A stretch of 63,518 nt of DNA, the filler included, from Bigelowiella natans CCMP2755 (Eukaryota; Protista; Cercozoa): assembly GCA_000320545.1 (NCBI GenBank). It is 7 parts of 7 records of this genome, joined end to end, with 100 filler letters (N's around TTAATTAATTAA, not from the genome) between each part and the next. Parts side by side here need not be neighbours in the genome. Positions count along the whole stretch, not along the records: positions 29,472 to 44,064 come from ADNK01003577.1; 6 more parts are not named here. One strand, 5' to 3'. Below are positions 29,735 to 41,856 of the stretch, piece by piece. The first letter of the stretch is position 1; each line of letters opens with the position of its first letter. Position numbers and translations under genes: made by a program. The notes beneath the pieces were generated by a model, which saw only the letters and a list, made by a program, of their open reading frames with translations, did not search any database and was not told the origin of the DNA.

Positions 29735-32504
29735 TTTGACACTTGTCGTTATTTACTACCATCGATCGTCGAGCGGACACACGTCACCCCGCCGGTGTGC
29801 TTCCTCCACACCTTTTCCAAGTAGCAGCGGCATCAATCACCACAACAGTTTTCAGCGGCCTCTCGAGGCGAGTTGATGATATCGACGCGGAAATGGATTC
29901 TCAAGGAAAGAGGGAAGGGCAATGGCTCATGTTTGTCGGAGAGCAGAACTGCGAACTATGGAAATGGAGAGTAGCTAACAATCGCTCGCTGCTGCTGCGG
30001 CAGCGACTCTGCACTTCTACCACGATTACCTCGGTCCAATCTTGAGAGTTTTTGGAATCCGTGCCTTTGAACGCCCACATACGCACAGTTTGGTCCTGAG
30101 TGTCGGCGGGCATAAGTGTGAGCATAAGCGCGCGCGCATGTGTGTGCATGTGTGTGCATGTGTGTGTGTGTGTGTCAATGAATACTCGATATCATCATCA
30201 TCATCATCATCATAATCACCATCATCTTCTTCGTTTTATCACCTGCGATCCAGAAGCCAGCAACTGGCACTCCTTCCCTGGAGGGCGTGGGAGAAACTCT
30301 AGGGAGTTGATACGGTCCTGCACGAACGAAGAATTGCGGATATATCACCATACGAGCTCCACTCAAAATGGTGCAAAAGGCGGCAACAGTAGGGTTGGTT
30401 CATTCCACAAGCTCTCCTCTCACTCTCTTCTACATCATTTTGCTACGTTAGGGTACGGACCTGGTGAAGGAAGAATTGCTGGAGTTGGGATATATCTGGG
30501 AAAAGTAGGAGGGGGGGGGGGGGGATAGCCATCCATCAACTTCAACTGATGTCAACGGAACAACTCGGATAAAAAGTGTCCTTCCTTTTACTACCTTTCT
30601 CAGCTGATTCCTGCAATGACTCGTAGGATATGTAGTCGTCAGCCTGACAATAGAAGAGGACAGTAGACTTCAGTCAACTTGTACGCTCGCATATGGTGAA
30701 TGATTTAACGAAAACGCTGGCGATATTACATATTTCTCGAGTTTCCATTTGCCCTCGACCAGCGTGAGCATCCAGATCACAACGCGAAAGATGTCGTGCT
30801 CCAATGAGGACGAGGCTGAAAGACACGGGCAGTGAGTCACATTGTCACATTGTTTTTTTGGTTTCGCCCGCGAAATTAAAAATATCGTTCGTTGATGTCA
30901 CCTGTGGCAAGGAATTTCCCACAGGGTGAGAAGCGCACCGCGTACACGACCCCGTGCATCGGTAAGATGCGAATGTAGTTGAACTTGTGGATATCTGGTG
31001 TAGACACATCATCCGTGAAGGTTTCACATGCAGTGTTGCGTGTCACTTTTCTGTGGCGTGCGAGCATGTTGCATCATGCGTGCGCGCCTGCATGTGTGCC
31101 TGTATGTGCGCACTGGTGTGTTTTGGAAAGATGTCGTTGATGCTTCCAATGAACTACGAAACTCTCCGGATCAAGGCAGTAAAATATTCCCAGATGTGTG
31201 CTTCTTTCTCACCGTAGATCTTCACGACATTTGTTTCACAACCAAAGGCCATCAGTGGGTGCTTCGGATGAAGCGCAACGCTAAGAATCTGCAAAAAAAA
31301 ATTATTACGACCGTGGGTCACTGCAAACTTAGCAACGTGTGATGGGGTCGGCTTTGTAAGTGCTTTGAAGAAGCGAAATAATCATCAGCATTATCGCCAT
31401 GGTTCCTTGCACGCCGCCTCATTTCCAAACAAAGGGGGGGGGGGGGGGGAACAATCCCTGGATTCTGCCACAAAGGAAAGGGTCGCCACCTTCTCAGTAT
31501 CGCCTTTGCGCATGGTCATGTTGCGCTCCGCTCCAGACTGATCCCAAGGATGGCAGGGGAAGGGGAGCTCGAGAACCGTTGGCAATAGAACACAGGAGTT
31601 TTACATCATGCGACAAGGAAAAACCAACAAAACGAAAAGAACACCCCTCATGCAGCTGGTGGGTTTTACGGTATTCCTCCCGTCGATAAAAGATCCATCA
31701 GCACCAGGTGCGATTTATCAACGGCGCGCGGATCTTGTGTCGAGCGGTCGGTGTTCTTCCTGCAGATCCTCCCTTTGGTCGCTTTTCAAGTGGTAGTTTC
31801 CCGGATAGTGAGTAGCATGTGCCGAAGGCAAAAGCTCGATGGGAAATCCGGTCTTCGCAGGATCTTCCCAGCTTGGATATTTCTTCGACTTACGACACGA
31901 CTTGGATCTTGGATCTCCCCATTTTATCCGTGATTGCCTAAAACCGCCACCTTTTACAGTCTGTGTCATCGAAAATACGTTGTCGCACGATTCCTGCTCG
32001 GGGCGACGGAGTCGGTGCGCGGGTTCGTCGCCCCCCGAAATCGGCCTGTTTTTCGGTCGAAAAGAGCAAGAATCATCGCGTTTGTTGACCCTGCCGTTTC
32101 TATTCCCACAAGAGAAACTTCGTGCAAAGCAGGCATATCCGACGTGGCGACAAGGAAATATTTCGCACCGGCTTTTAATTCTCCTTCCCATAGTTTTGTC
32201 GTAACCTTTCGCTTCCGAACGACCGCTGTAGCTACCCCCATCGCAAGGGATATCAGGGCTCTTACTCGATCAATTTCACGCGGAGCATTGTGGAGGATCG
32301 TAGGATTCGAGGGAAGTCCGATGAAGTAAACTGCTGTGCTGAGGATAGCCTCCCCCCCCCTTAACCCCCCCAGTTAATGTAAACATCGCTCAACCTCGAA
32401 AATGTCGGGCAATCCCAGGGATTCGCTCCCCAAGCGATCCCACAGCGAAAGGGCGAAAGGGTAGGCCGAAGGGCGCGTTTTCATGTTACACCAGTTCGAA
32501 CACG
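29472..32504 (-). CDS. WD40-repeat protein, partial (3' end in gap; 5' structure uncertain)
   Basis: ILSVALHPKHPLMAFGCETNVVKIY, HGVVYAVRFSPCGKFLATG, DRINSLEFLP..LLASGSQ|DQTVRMW, GAYLASSSEEDRKICIW. Confidence 0.65.
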
Positions 32505-32775
32505 ATCTCCCGGACGACCGCAGCAAAAGCCAGAGTCCGTTCGTAAATTGGAGGTTAAAGGACCTAGAATGCGCCCAAGGGCTATCTCCACAGGGTATAT
32601 GCGCAAACTGGACAAGGTTGAGAGTCATACCAGGCCCTGAAATTCTGATATATATGAAACTATATAATTCGCGTGTTTGTTCTTCTGCCTTTTCTTAGAA
32701 TTATTGCTCGCTGAGAATAAGCCGATACGACATGTCCAAAGATGGAATTCACCACGCCCATTATAATTTTTGCAG

Positions 32776-35700
32776 GTTGATGTTTTCGGGAGCGCAGTGG
32801 GGGGGAAGGGGAAGAAGAGGAGGCCGGAACAACAGACGAACTTCGATACGATGGCCTCCACGTCTACAAAGAGCGCCGCAGTATCACCAAGTCGTACTTG
32901 TGTGGATCACGATCCGGATCAGGGATTAGCACTGCCCACATCATCATCATCATCATCTGGAATAGCACCTTCGACATCCTCTTCTTCTTCCACTCCAGTA
33001 TCAGTATCAAGATCCAAGGAACTAGGAACGGGAACTAGTGGTAAGAAAGGCACGGCAGCAATTTCAGCGAACCTCCCGACTAAAGTCACAGACTATAAAT
33101 CGAATGCTTTATCTCCTCCATCCGCAAAGCTCAAACGGTCAAAACTGTCATCTAATATATCGCCAAATCTACGGAAGACGCCCCAAGCCTCTAGATCTCC
33201 GAAGGCCACGAGAAAGGCCAATTCGCACAAAAGGAAGAAGAAAATAGGAGGAAGGCATCTACGTCTGAAATCAAGTATGGCTCGTTGTATTCCAAACATA
33301 CACACAGCGAATTATTTTCCTCTATAAACATGGAGAGCAAAGACACGACGACTACATGGCAGTGCACGTGCAACACACATATAAACCCTTAACAAAATCC
33401 AGGAATCTTTTACCCCTTTCTCTTAAAGGGTAGCCAATCTCTCAATGTGATCAAACTACCTCGTCGATCAGGTCCAAAATTGCGGACGGCAATCAGCGCA
33501 CACGAAATCGGAAACGACATGTCACAGAACGAGCTCAGGGATCTTTTCAAGAAAAAATGGGACACCCTCATCACCGTCTGGAGGGTATGGATGAAATAAA
33601 AGCTAAAGCATGAAAGAGTGAAGAAAATTTATTACAATCCTGGGAAGAAGAAGGCAGTTGTCGAAATTCGGCGGGCTGCTACAAAGAAGATCTAATTAGC
33701 TAGAGAGGAGAGAAGGGGTGACAAAATCTAACAACTTCACATTTGTAGGTGTTGGACCGCGACAGCGATGGTTTGGTGGGTATCAATGAATGGAAAATTG
33801 GGTCGGTCAATCATCGTCGTAACCTGCGCGCGATCGTTTGTCGCAATCAACATCTCATCTTCTAATAAAGAGATATGCACTGTATTTTCAGATTGCAGCA
33901 AAGCGATTTGGGCTGGCTGAGTGACGAGGCTCAGGTAATAGCACCCCTCCATAAGCGACGTATTTAGTATGGCCCCGACACTTCAAACGCCCCTGTATTC
34001 GTGTGCGCTGTCGGATCTCCCGAGCACGTACTGACTGTCGTGCTGGTAGGTCAAACTTTTCCGCAAAGCCGACCAAGACCGCAATGGAAAAGTCACATTT
34101 AAGGTGCTTACGGCAGTAATTTGAATCAATAAGTATATCTGCACAAGAGCGGTATCAGGAGGACAAAAGCTGACACTCAAACACCCCTCTCTGCAGGAGT
34201 TCAAAGCCGGCTTTACCAGCTGGCTCAATGGCGATGACTTGGATCTCTCTTCCCCCCTTACGGTCCGTACTTGTGATACATGTGGCGGGAATGGTGTGCA
34301 CATAGGGCTGATCTATCGTTTTCACTTCTAATGACTTAGAGATCTTCGGAGGGAAAGATTGACAACACCCAGGAGGCTAGCCCGAATCCTCACTGTCCGA
34401 TCAAAGTTGAGAACGAGGTGCGCGTGTGTGGGGTATGCGGTATGGTGTACGGGGGGATTTACTAAATGACACAAATTGTGAAACATATATCTAAAACATC
34501 CCAATATGACATTAGAGTTTTGAAAAAAAGAGAAGGCAAACCTGAATTTTTAAGGATCTTCCGCCATGATAAGAATGGTGCACGATGCTGTATGCAGCAC
34601 ACAATCGACACATTCCTCTTCTTCTTGACAATCTTCATCGTCATTTTACAGAACCAAACAGCGATAGGCGGGCCCGTTGTTCCACAAAACATCCTAGACG
34701 ACATTAAACGAGAGATGGAAGAAATCATCACCCAGAAGGCGGAATTAGCGAGAGTCAGCAATGAAAAAGAAAATCTTGCCAACGACCTTAGAGCGCAACT
34801 TGAGGAGGCCCAAAAGCGCCTACAGGATGAGAGGGGAACTTGCGTGGCTCTTCGCAAGCTCAGCACTAATCAGGAGTCGATTATCAAAAAGATTCTAGCG
34901 AAAAATGTCCAGCAGGAAAATCTATTAAAGAGTCTACTGACGGATATGACAAAACTAGGCGAGGTAGTGGAAACTAAAGGGACATCAAGGACGGGGATGA
35001 GAGATTCCTTAAGTAGATATGTGTAGAGGCATGCCCTTATTGCTGACAAATTGTGCTCGAATTGGACAGCATTTGCCATTCCCACACACCCGCCGTGGGC
35101 AATCGTAATAATGGTAGTAACGGTTTTGTGATGCTTCAGAGAATCAAGGAAGAGCGCAAACTCTTCGACAGCGAGAAGCGGCAGGATAAATCCCTTCTTG
35201 ACAAGAAGATGAAGGAGATCAGAGTGCTCTCCAATTCACTCCAAAGCTGCAAAGAGGCTTTAACGGACGCGAACGGACTTCTGCAGAACTCGAACAAACT
35301 GGTCAAAGATGCCAAGGCAAGGGTGAGGGAGCTCGAGGGCAAGTTGCGTACAACATCAAAAGAGGCGACCAGCGGGCGGGAGAAGTTGAATGCTGCGATC
35401 CAGATCTGCAAGGAGACCATGATGGAGGAAAGTGGAAAGCACAACCAAGAGGTCAGTCAGTTGAGACAGCAACTGCTTCATGCTCAGGATAAGGCCTCCA
35501 CCCTTGAAGATGAGCTAGAGAGGGCCAACGAAATCCATGCAGCTTCTCTGAAATCCGTGCGGAAGGCCGGCGACAGCGAAGCAGCTTCGATAAAAGACAA
35601 GCACAAGGTCGTAATTGAAGACATGAAGCGCTGCCATGATAAGCTTGTCCAGGAACTCGAGGAACGGATCACCAAATCGAAACTCGATTTGAGACTCCTC

Positions 35701-36576
35701 AAGAGCTCTGGATCGAAAGAAGAGGCCTCCCTCATCCAAGAAAATGGTGTCCGAGAGAAGACGGTTGAAGACTTGAAGGCTAGTCTTGAGCAGGAAAGAT
35801 CGAAGATCCTGGCTCTAAATTCGGAGCTCCACACGAAAAAGAAGGAGGTAGCAGAACTCCAAAAAGCCTGCGATCGGCGCATAAAGAATGAAGGCGATTT
35901 AACTGCACAGAACCTCCGATTTAAACACGATTTGATGAGGAGCGAAAATTTTATCGAGACACTGGAGGCGAAATTGAGTGATCAAAGACTAAAGATGAAT
36001 GGGATGGAAAGCGCCCTGGCCACGAAAGAACAGGAACTTATCGACATCAAGTTCTCACATCAACAACTCGTTGCGGGATCAGCAAACGGCTCTTCTGAGG
36101 CAGATGAAACCAAATCCACGAAACTTCGGCGTCTAGCCTCCGATCTCAGTGACGCAAAGACGAGAATATCTGCAACTGTCTCCAGACTCGACTTGAAAAC
36201 GAAGCAAGTTGATGAGCTCAAGCTGGAATTGCAGAGGTTGAGAGCTGCGTTCGGTTCAAGAGATCGGCGATCCCGAGAACTGGAAATGGAAAATGAAAGG
36301 GTCAGGAAATCACTCAAGGTCTTCGAGGAAAAGCACTCAAAACACATCGCAAGTCTAGAACCGCAACACACTACCACCAGAAATTCAAAACCAATGCCAC
36401 CAGCTGTAGGAAGAGGCTTGGGGAAGAGATCCAACGTTTCCGCTTCTAGCAGCCGCGGGTCACGATTTCCTTACTACTTCATTGCTTGTGTTGCGTTCGC
36501 TGCGGGAACTGTCGGATACCTTCTTCGAACCAAACGATTTAAACGACGTACGCGACACTTCGTTGTGCTCACATAG
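32776..36576 (+). CDS. EF-hand + long coiled-coil protein with C-terminal tail anchor, multi-exon; start uncertain
   Basis: Ser-rich N-terminal exon; LFRKADQDRNGKVTFK|EF (canonical EF-hand loop) and LDRDSDGLV; heptad-rich ORFs 34466-35026 and 35053-36576; terminal FPYYFIACVAFAAGTVGYLL followed by RTKRFKRR. Confidence 0.7.
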
Positions 36577-36842
36577 CGATTCGATAATTGCTCACATCAC
36601 TCACTCATCATGCGAACAACTAATAAATGCGCATCCCCACATGTCACATGGTGCATTGGTAGGCTGCCACCGCGCACATTTGCAACAGCGACTATAGCGT
36701 AAAAAACATAGCATCTGTATCAGCAACGTGCAGTTCATAGAAGGACATTCATCAATTCGTGTCGCACGTTGCAGATGTGTGTGCAGCGCTTTGACTTGTC
36801 CATGCAAATAAATGAATTCCACTGTGATGAATAGCAACTGTG

Positions 36843-36874
<32 letters not shown>

Positions 36875-37471
36875 AATTGCGCAGTGAATGTTCAGCAAAG
36901 AATGCACCTTAAACATGAGGTTACCGCGCAGGTGAAATGAAATTGTGAAAATGGAAGATTGAATTCATGTCTTGATCTAGCTAGCTAGCTAGCTAGTGAT
37001 GTAAATGTGATCTTAAGTGGAGACTGTGATTGTCGCCATTTAATTGTGCGATCATCACGCTCGGCATCATAGTTAAAAATGGGGGTTTTCGCGCTCGGCA
37101 TGGTGAGAGCGCAGTACCACATCCGATCACGTAAAGCAAGCAATGAGCGTATGGCTCCACCATGGAACAGTACATATGTAACTATCGAGATATGTTAGGT
37201 GCTGCCATAGGTGTGGTAGTACACGCATTATTTTGATCACTCAAATACCGCAATATTACGACCGATATTGTACGCAGCGGAGGCTTGAGCATAAGGTATT
37301 CTAGCTGCTACTGTTGCAACAATATTACAACATTAATTTTTACTGCTCGGGCGCAATATCGAGGTCGAATGTTTCACCTCAATAGTGATTCGAATCAAGT
37401 CGTAAAATTTTTGTAGACTATAATCAATGATCATCGCAATTACCAGTGAAATGCTAAAAGAGCCTCATCAA

Positions 37472-38328
37472 CTAGTTAAATGATACATTTCTGTTCAACT
37501 CGCCTGTGTTTATTCCACCCATGAAGTTTCTAGCATTTGGGGCGGCACCATTAAATTTCGCACCCGAGAAGTCAAAGCCCGGGTGTTCCCTTTGAAATCT
37601 CTCGAGAAGGATATTTTGCTTCAACTCTTGTTGTTCTAACGGGGAGAGTTGCTGTCCCCTGTGCTGCGTGGCTCCCATCCATGCCTCTCCGCATTTGGAC
37701 TTCTGGAGGTTTATGTGCAAGACCCCATCTTCGAACATCCAGAAGCTTTCGCTCTTGATACAAGTGCCCCCCAGTTTCTCATCCATAAAGAGCGGCGCTC
37801 CCTTGAGCCCAACCTGGTGATTTATTTGCGTTATTTAGCGTGCATCTCGGGGGTAGCAATGAAACAGACCTTCACATGGTTCGCGGATATGTTGCACACG
37901 ATGTCCCTTGTCTTCACACCGGGTGGTGGAGTTATGAAAATATCAACTTCTTCGAGCGATTGTTCCCATTCATAGACGGTACGCCCCTGGTAAGTGACTT
38001 TCTTGCGTTTCTCGTACTTCTTATTCTGTGCCTTGATTTGTGCGGCCAACATGGACTCCTCCTCCTTTGCCGCCTCTTTTAGTTTTTCAAATAGTGGTGG
38101 TTATTAAACGCAGGCAGCTGATTCTGCAAAAAAGTGCATGATAAACCGACCTTTCGGATCTTTCTTCACAGGGACGGGCGCGGCGGGCGGCGCAGGCTTT
38201 GGGTTTTGAGCAGGTTTCTTCTGAACGGGCTGTTGAATTATCTGCGGCCTTGGTTTCGAGTCCTTTTCGTCATCCGAGTCGCTCAGATCCTTCGCGAAAT
38301 TGTCCCACTTCTTGTAATTGGTCGCCAT
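37472..38328 (-). CDS. NudC-family (CS/p23 domain) co-chaperone, NudCD2-like, 3 exons
   Basis: YEWEQSLEEVDIFI..PPGVKTRDI.CNI, SESFWMFEDG.LHINLQK, KQNILLERFQREHPGFDFSGAKFNG. Confidence 0.88.
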
Positions 38329-38733
38329 CGCTCCGCGGTGCCTCGTTCGCACAGAGAGTAGCGCAGGCAGGGGAGAGGAGAAGAGGAGAGGAGAAGAGGT
38401 TCCTGGTTTCTACAATGATTCGCCGTCAACCTGGATCCTCCAAGAATCCAAGCAATTTATCTAAGTCGCACCTCCAAAATGAAGGCGACTACGCGGCAGG
38501 GTAAAAGCTACCGCCTCCTTCCATGCCCGCTTATTTTTTGAGTCTGCGACAAGGGAAATCTTGGAGCACAGAAGGGGAACGCTCTGGGAGAGTTCCAGGC
38601 ATTGTCCAGATGGTTGTCGCAGGGCGGAAACGCCAGGGGTTTTACGCTCTCGTAGCAGCCCTTCGGCTCGCACTCTCCTTTCTTCCCGGAAACTTGTTTC
38701 TTGCTTGCCTGGCTTTTTCCACAATCCAACAGA
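38329..38733. promoter_or_regulatory. Short divergent promoter between the NudC-like gene and the RCR-ligase gene
   Basis: Positional: 405 bp between head-to-head ATGs. Confidence 0.4.
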
Positions 38734-40050
38734 ATGATACGAGCAGGGAGAGGACGGGGAAGAGCACGGCGAAGAAGTCGAGGGCGAGGACGAGGAGGAC
38801 CAAACGGAAGAGGAGCCAGAGGGCGAGGGCGAGGGCGAGGAAGAGCATACGGAAGAGCAGGTAGAGGGCAATGCGGTCCTGCTCGTCGGCGTGGTCGCAG
38901 GAGCGGCCGTGGTCACACACGCGGGGGGCGAGCCGGAGCTGTCGCCCCGCCGGAAAAAAAAGTCTGGGTTAAAGTCTTACGCTGCAAGGGATGCGACCAG
39001 GCCTTAAGGAAACACTCGAAAGAGAAGACGTTTGTGTATGAACCAGCCGATGTAGCCTGCAATCACTGCTCGCTGTACTGCGGAAAATGTGTTGGCGGAC
39101 ACGTGGAGGAGGCAATGAAGTCTCGAAGCAAAAGCATCGGGTGCGTGGAAGCCGAGTGCAAGTGCACCTTCAATGACGCCGACTTTGAAGCGCTGGTGGA
39201 GGCGAACGTGCTGCCTGAAAAGACGTACGTCGACTGGTTGCGTAATAGGGTGAAAGGGGAATGTTGTATTTGCTTAGAGGATGATCCGCGGAATATGGTC
39301 GAACTTGCTTGTGGGCATTCGTTCCACATAAACTGCCTGAAACTCCAGCTTGATGCAAAATGGGGAGGGATGCGAGTGACGCATCAATATATGAATTGTG
39401 CACTGTGCCGCAGTGAGATAAAGGCAGCCGATAGCCGCACACCGCAGGGAAAACAGCTGAAGAAGATGATCCTTCCCCATCTCCAGCTGAGAGCAAGAGT
39501 ATTTAGGCTCTGCAAAAAGATCGCCTTAGAGGACAACCATGTCAAGGAAGAAGCAAAGGAAGAGGAAATACGAAAATTCGTGGAGGAAAAGATGGCAGTA
39601 TTCACCTGCAATCGATGCAAGGAGCCCTACTGCGGGGGCCTCCAGGACTGCGGGGTCGAAATGAAAATGAAACCTGAAGATTTGGTGTGTAGTGATTGTT
39701 CATGGAAGGAAAACCACAGCCAGTTCAAGTGCCGGGAGCATGGAGCTCAATTCGCTGTTTACAAGTGCGACTGCTGCTGCTCGCTAGCCACCTTCGACTG
39801 TGGAGGGAACCATTTTTGCGAGTGGTGTCACGCTCACCTGGACTCAAAGCTGGGCGAGCGCCCCAAATGCCAGGGAAGAGAGTGCGATAAGTGCCCTCTT
39901 GGGAAACCTCATCCGCCAAACAATCCCCGTACGTGCGGCGGATACAAGGGGTACGTGATTGGCTGTGTAAAATGCCTCGGAATAGATGGGTGGCAGCCGT
40001 ATATATCTAAAACGACGGAAAATGATTTTAATATCGGAGCTGGAGCATAG
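38734..40050 (+). CDS. Intronless E3 ubiquitin ligase: RG-rich N-terminus, extra Zn finger, RING-H2 and MYCBP2-type tandem-cysteine (RING-Cys-relay) domain
   Basis: CCICLED..VELACGHSFHINCL..L..KWGG.RVT..YMNCALCR, then FTCNRCKEPYCGGLQDC..PEDLVCSDC..CREHG.QF..YKCDCCCSLATFDCGGNHFCEWCH..CPLGKPHPP..YVIGCVKC, colinear with the MYCBP2/Highwire/RPM-1 C-terminus. Confidence 0.85.
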   Translation: MIRAGRGRGRARRRSRGRGRGGPNGRGARGRGRGRGRAYGRAGRGQCGPARRRGRRSGRGHTRGGRAGAVAPPEKKVWVKVLRCKGCDQALRKHSKEKTFVYEPADVACNHCSLYCGKCVGGHVEEAMKSRSKSIGCVEAECKCTFNDADFEALVEANVLPEKTYVDWLRNRVKGECCICLEDDPRNMVELACGHSFHINCLKLQLDAKWGGMRVTHQYMNCALCRSEIKAADSRTPQGKQLKKMILPHLQLRARVFRLCKKIALEDNHVKEEAKEEEIRKFVEEKMAVFTCNRCKEPYCGGLQDCGVEMKMKPEDLVCSDCSWKENHSQFKCREHGAQFAVYKCDCCCSLATFDCGGNHFCEWCHAHLDSKLGERPKCQGRECDKCPLGKPHPPNNPRTCGGYKGYVIGCVKCLGIDGWQPYISKTTENDFNIGAGA

Positions 40051-40825
40051 TCTAAAGTGCTACGCTGCTGCTTTGCTGTGCAAAGCTAGAAAGAGAGGAA
40101 AAATTGAACTTGATGGAATTTTACAAAGACAATTTTTTTTTAAAAAATGATATATAAAGCTCCGCACGATAAACCGCGTAGCACAAGCATAGCGATGTCA
40201 AGTTTCACTCATGCAACAGCGATCGGAGTATAGGAGCTCACAAGCCGCCATGCCAGTGTAAGCCACAAGCATCGGAGCCATGCACAAGAAGCGCAACGTA
40301 CACGTGTGTAGATGCACGGTGCATGCAAGCGCAGCTGTCATATATATATTATATATGCTATTACTGTGTCTTCATTTCATCCTATTTGTCCCCATGTGTG
40401 CTAATACTATTTGAGTAGTCATCGCTGTACTGCTAACAACCCGCGCACGCATGTTCTCCCACTCACTGCGCAGCTGCATTTTGAGCGCATTCGCATCTAG
40501 ATGACAACCAGATTGCATTGATTTTTTAATCATAGCTAGCGCCATTGCAAAATATAATCTTGTAAATCTCAAGTCCATTTCCCTCAAGCTTAGCGCCATT
40601 CCCGCCGGACCTTGCTAGCTCATTAGAATGTTGAAAGCCAGCCTCTTTGTCATCTCACGATGTGCTGCATGGCGCGGGCGAGCGACAGAGAATCTCTCGG
40701 ATGACATGGGGCATTGTGCGCACAATGCACACATGAGACGAATGTCAATGCGGTGATGTGGCCAATGAACAATGCAAGGAAAGGTGGTGGTTGCGCAAGG
40801 GCCACACAAAAGAGCCTCATGTGCA

Positions 40826-41856
40826 TGAGACGGATGTGATGAAGAATTGAATTTTTTCAATGGTCATCCTGATGTGGCTGTGCAATGCAGCGGCCACAGC
40901 GCTGATGTTGCATCTGTTGGTTTCTGTCACCACGTGCTTCACGCATTTGAAAGCGTCCTCATGCGACCGATGTTGCCGCGCACTGCGCGCAGCAGTTCTG
41001 GAGTCCTTTTCAGCTTTTGTCAGCCGGTTCGTGTCGTCGTTGCGATTCATGATCGCGCGCATTTGATTGCGCAATCTGATTTGTTCTCGACTGTGTGTTG
41101 GACATTGCAGGAGATGATCCATGTCCTTCAGGATGCCACACGCATCGCACGTAGCATCTTCCTCCGTGCATTGTCCACGTGAAAACGTGAATTTTCCAAG
41201 ATTGCCGACACCACAGATGGCGCGCATCCATGATGTAGCAACACTTGGAAGTTTCAGTTTGATGCCGGTGATCGAAGATGACGGGAGGAATCCAAGATTC
41301 TTGAGATGCACAGCGCGCAATGAACCATTGGACCATTCCTCTTCGAATTCGTTGAAAGCACAGGATTTCATCACCTTGTGATGTTTTTTCAGTTCTTTTT
41401 TCAGCGCCTCTGTTGTCGCCAAAACGGTGGGCAATTTGTCGTCTGACAAATCGTCAGTGATCGATTTGAGCCGACGAAACAAGGATGCTTTGTTCCACGC
41501 ATTTGTGGACACATCAATCCACGATGTGCCATCTGGCATTTTTCGATTTTCAATGATGAAGTCACAACTGCTCCAATCATTTGTTCCTCATGGATTTGAG
41601 GACGGCTGCCTGTGTCGATCCACGCATCAGTGCGCAACCATGATTCAGCACACTGCACTTCAGTTTGACATCGGGGTGGCAACGTGCCAGTGAGGACGTG
41701 GGGGACGTCGTTGGAGATGGATCCAGGCAATCCCAATGCACGTTTCAGGGTTTGGGATTCCATGGAATCCATCTGTTTCATTCGCATGTTTCTTCGTGAT
41801 CTCCACATAGGAGCTGCGTATCTGCTGGATGCAAGGAACCATGATTTACAAAATTT
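40826..41856 (-). mobile_element. 5'-truncated ~1.03-kb LINE copy, heavily TA-mutated, one frameshift near 41585
   Basis: Colinear with 54500-55530 in the opposite orientation (ORFs 41401-41808 and 40817-41539 match the ORF2 C-terminus). Confidence 0.95.

Noticed and set aside
40826-41856. Classical RIP or CpG/CpA deamination as the cause of divergence between LINE copies
   Set aside because: Those processes create TA or remove CG. Here TA is absent, CG is plentiful, and reciprocal TG/CA pairs point to ancestral TA.
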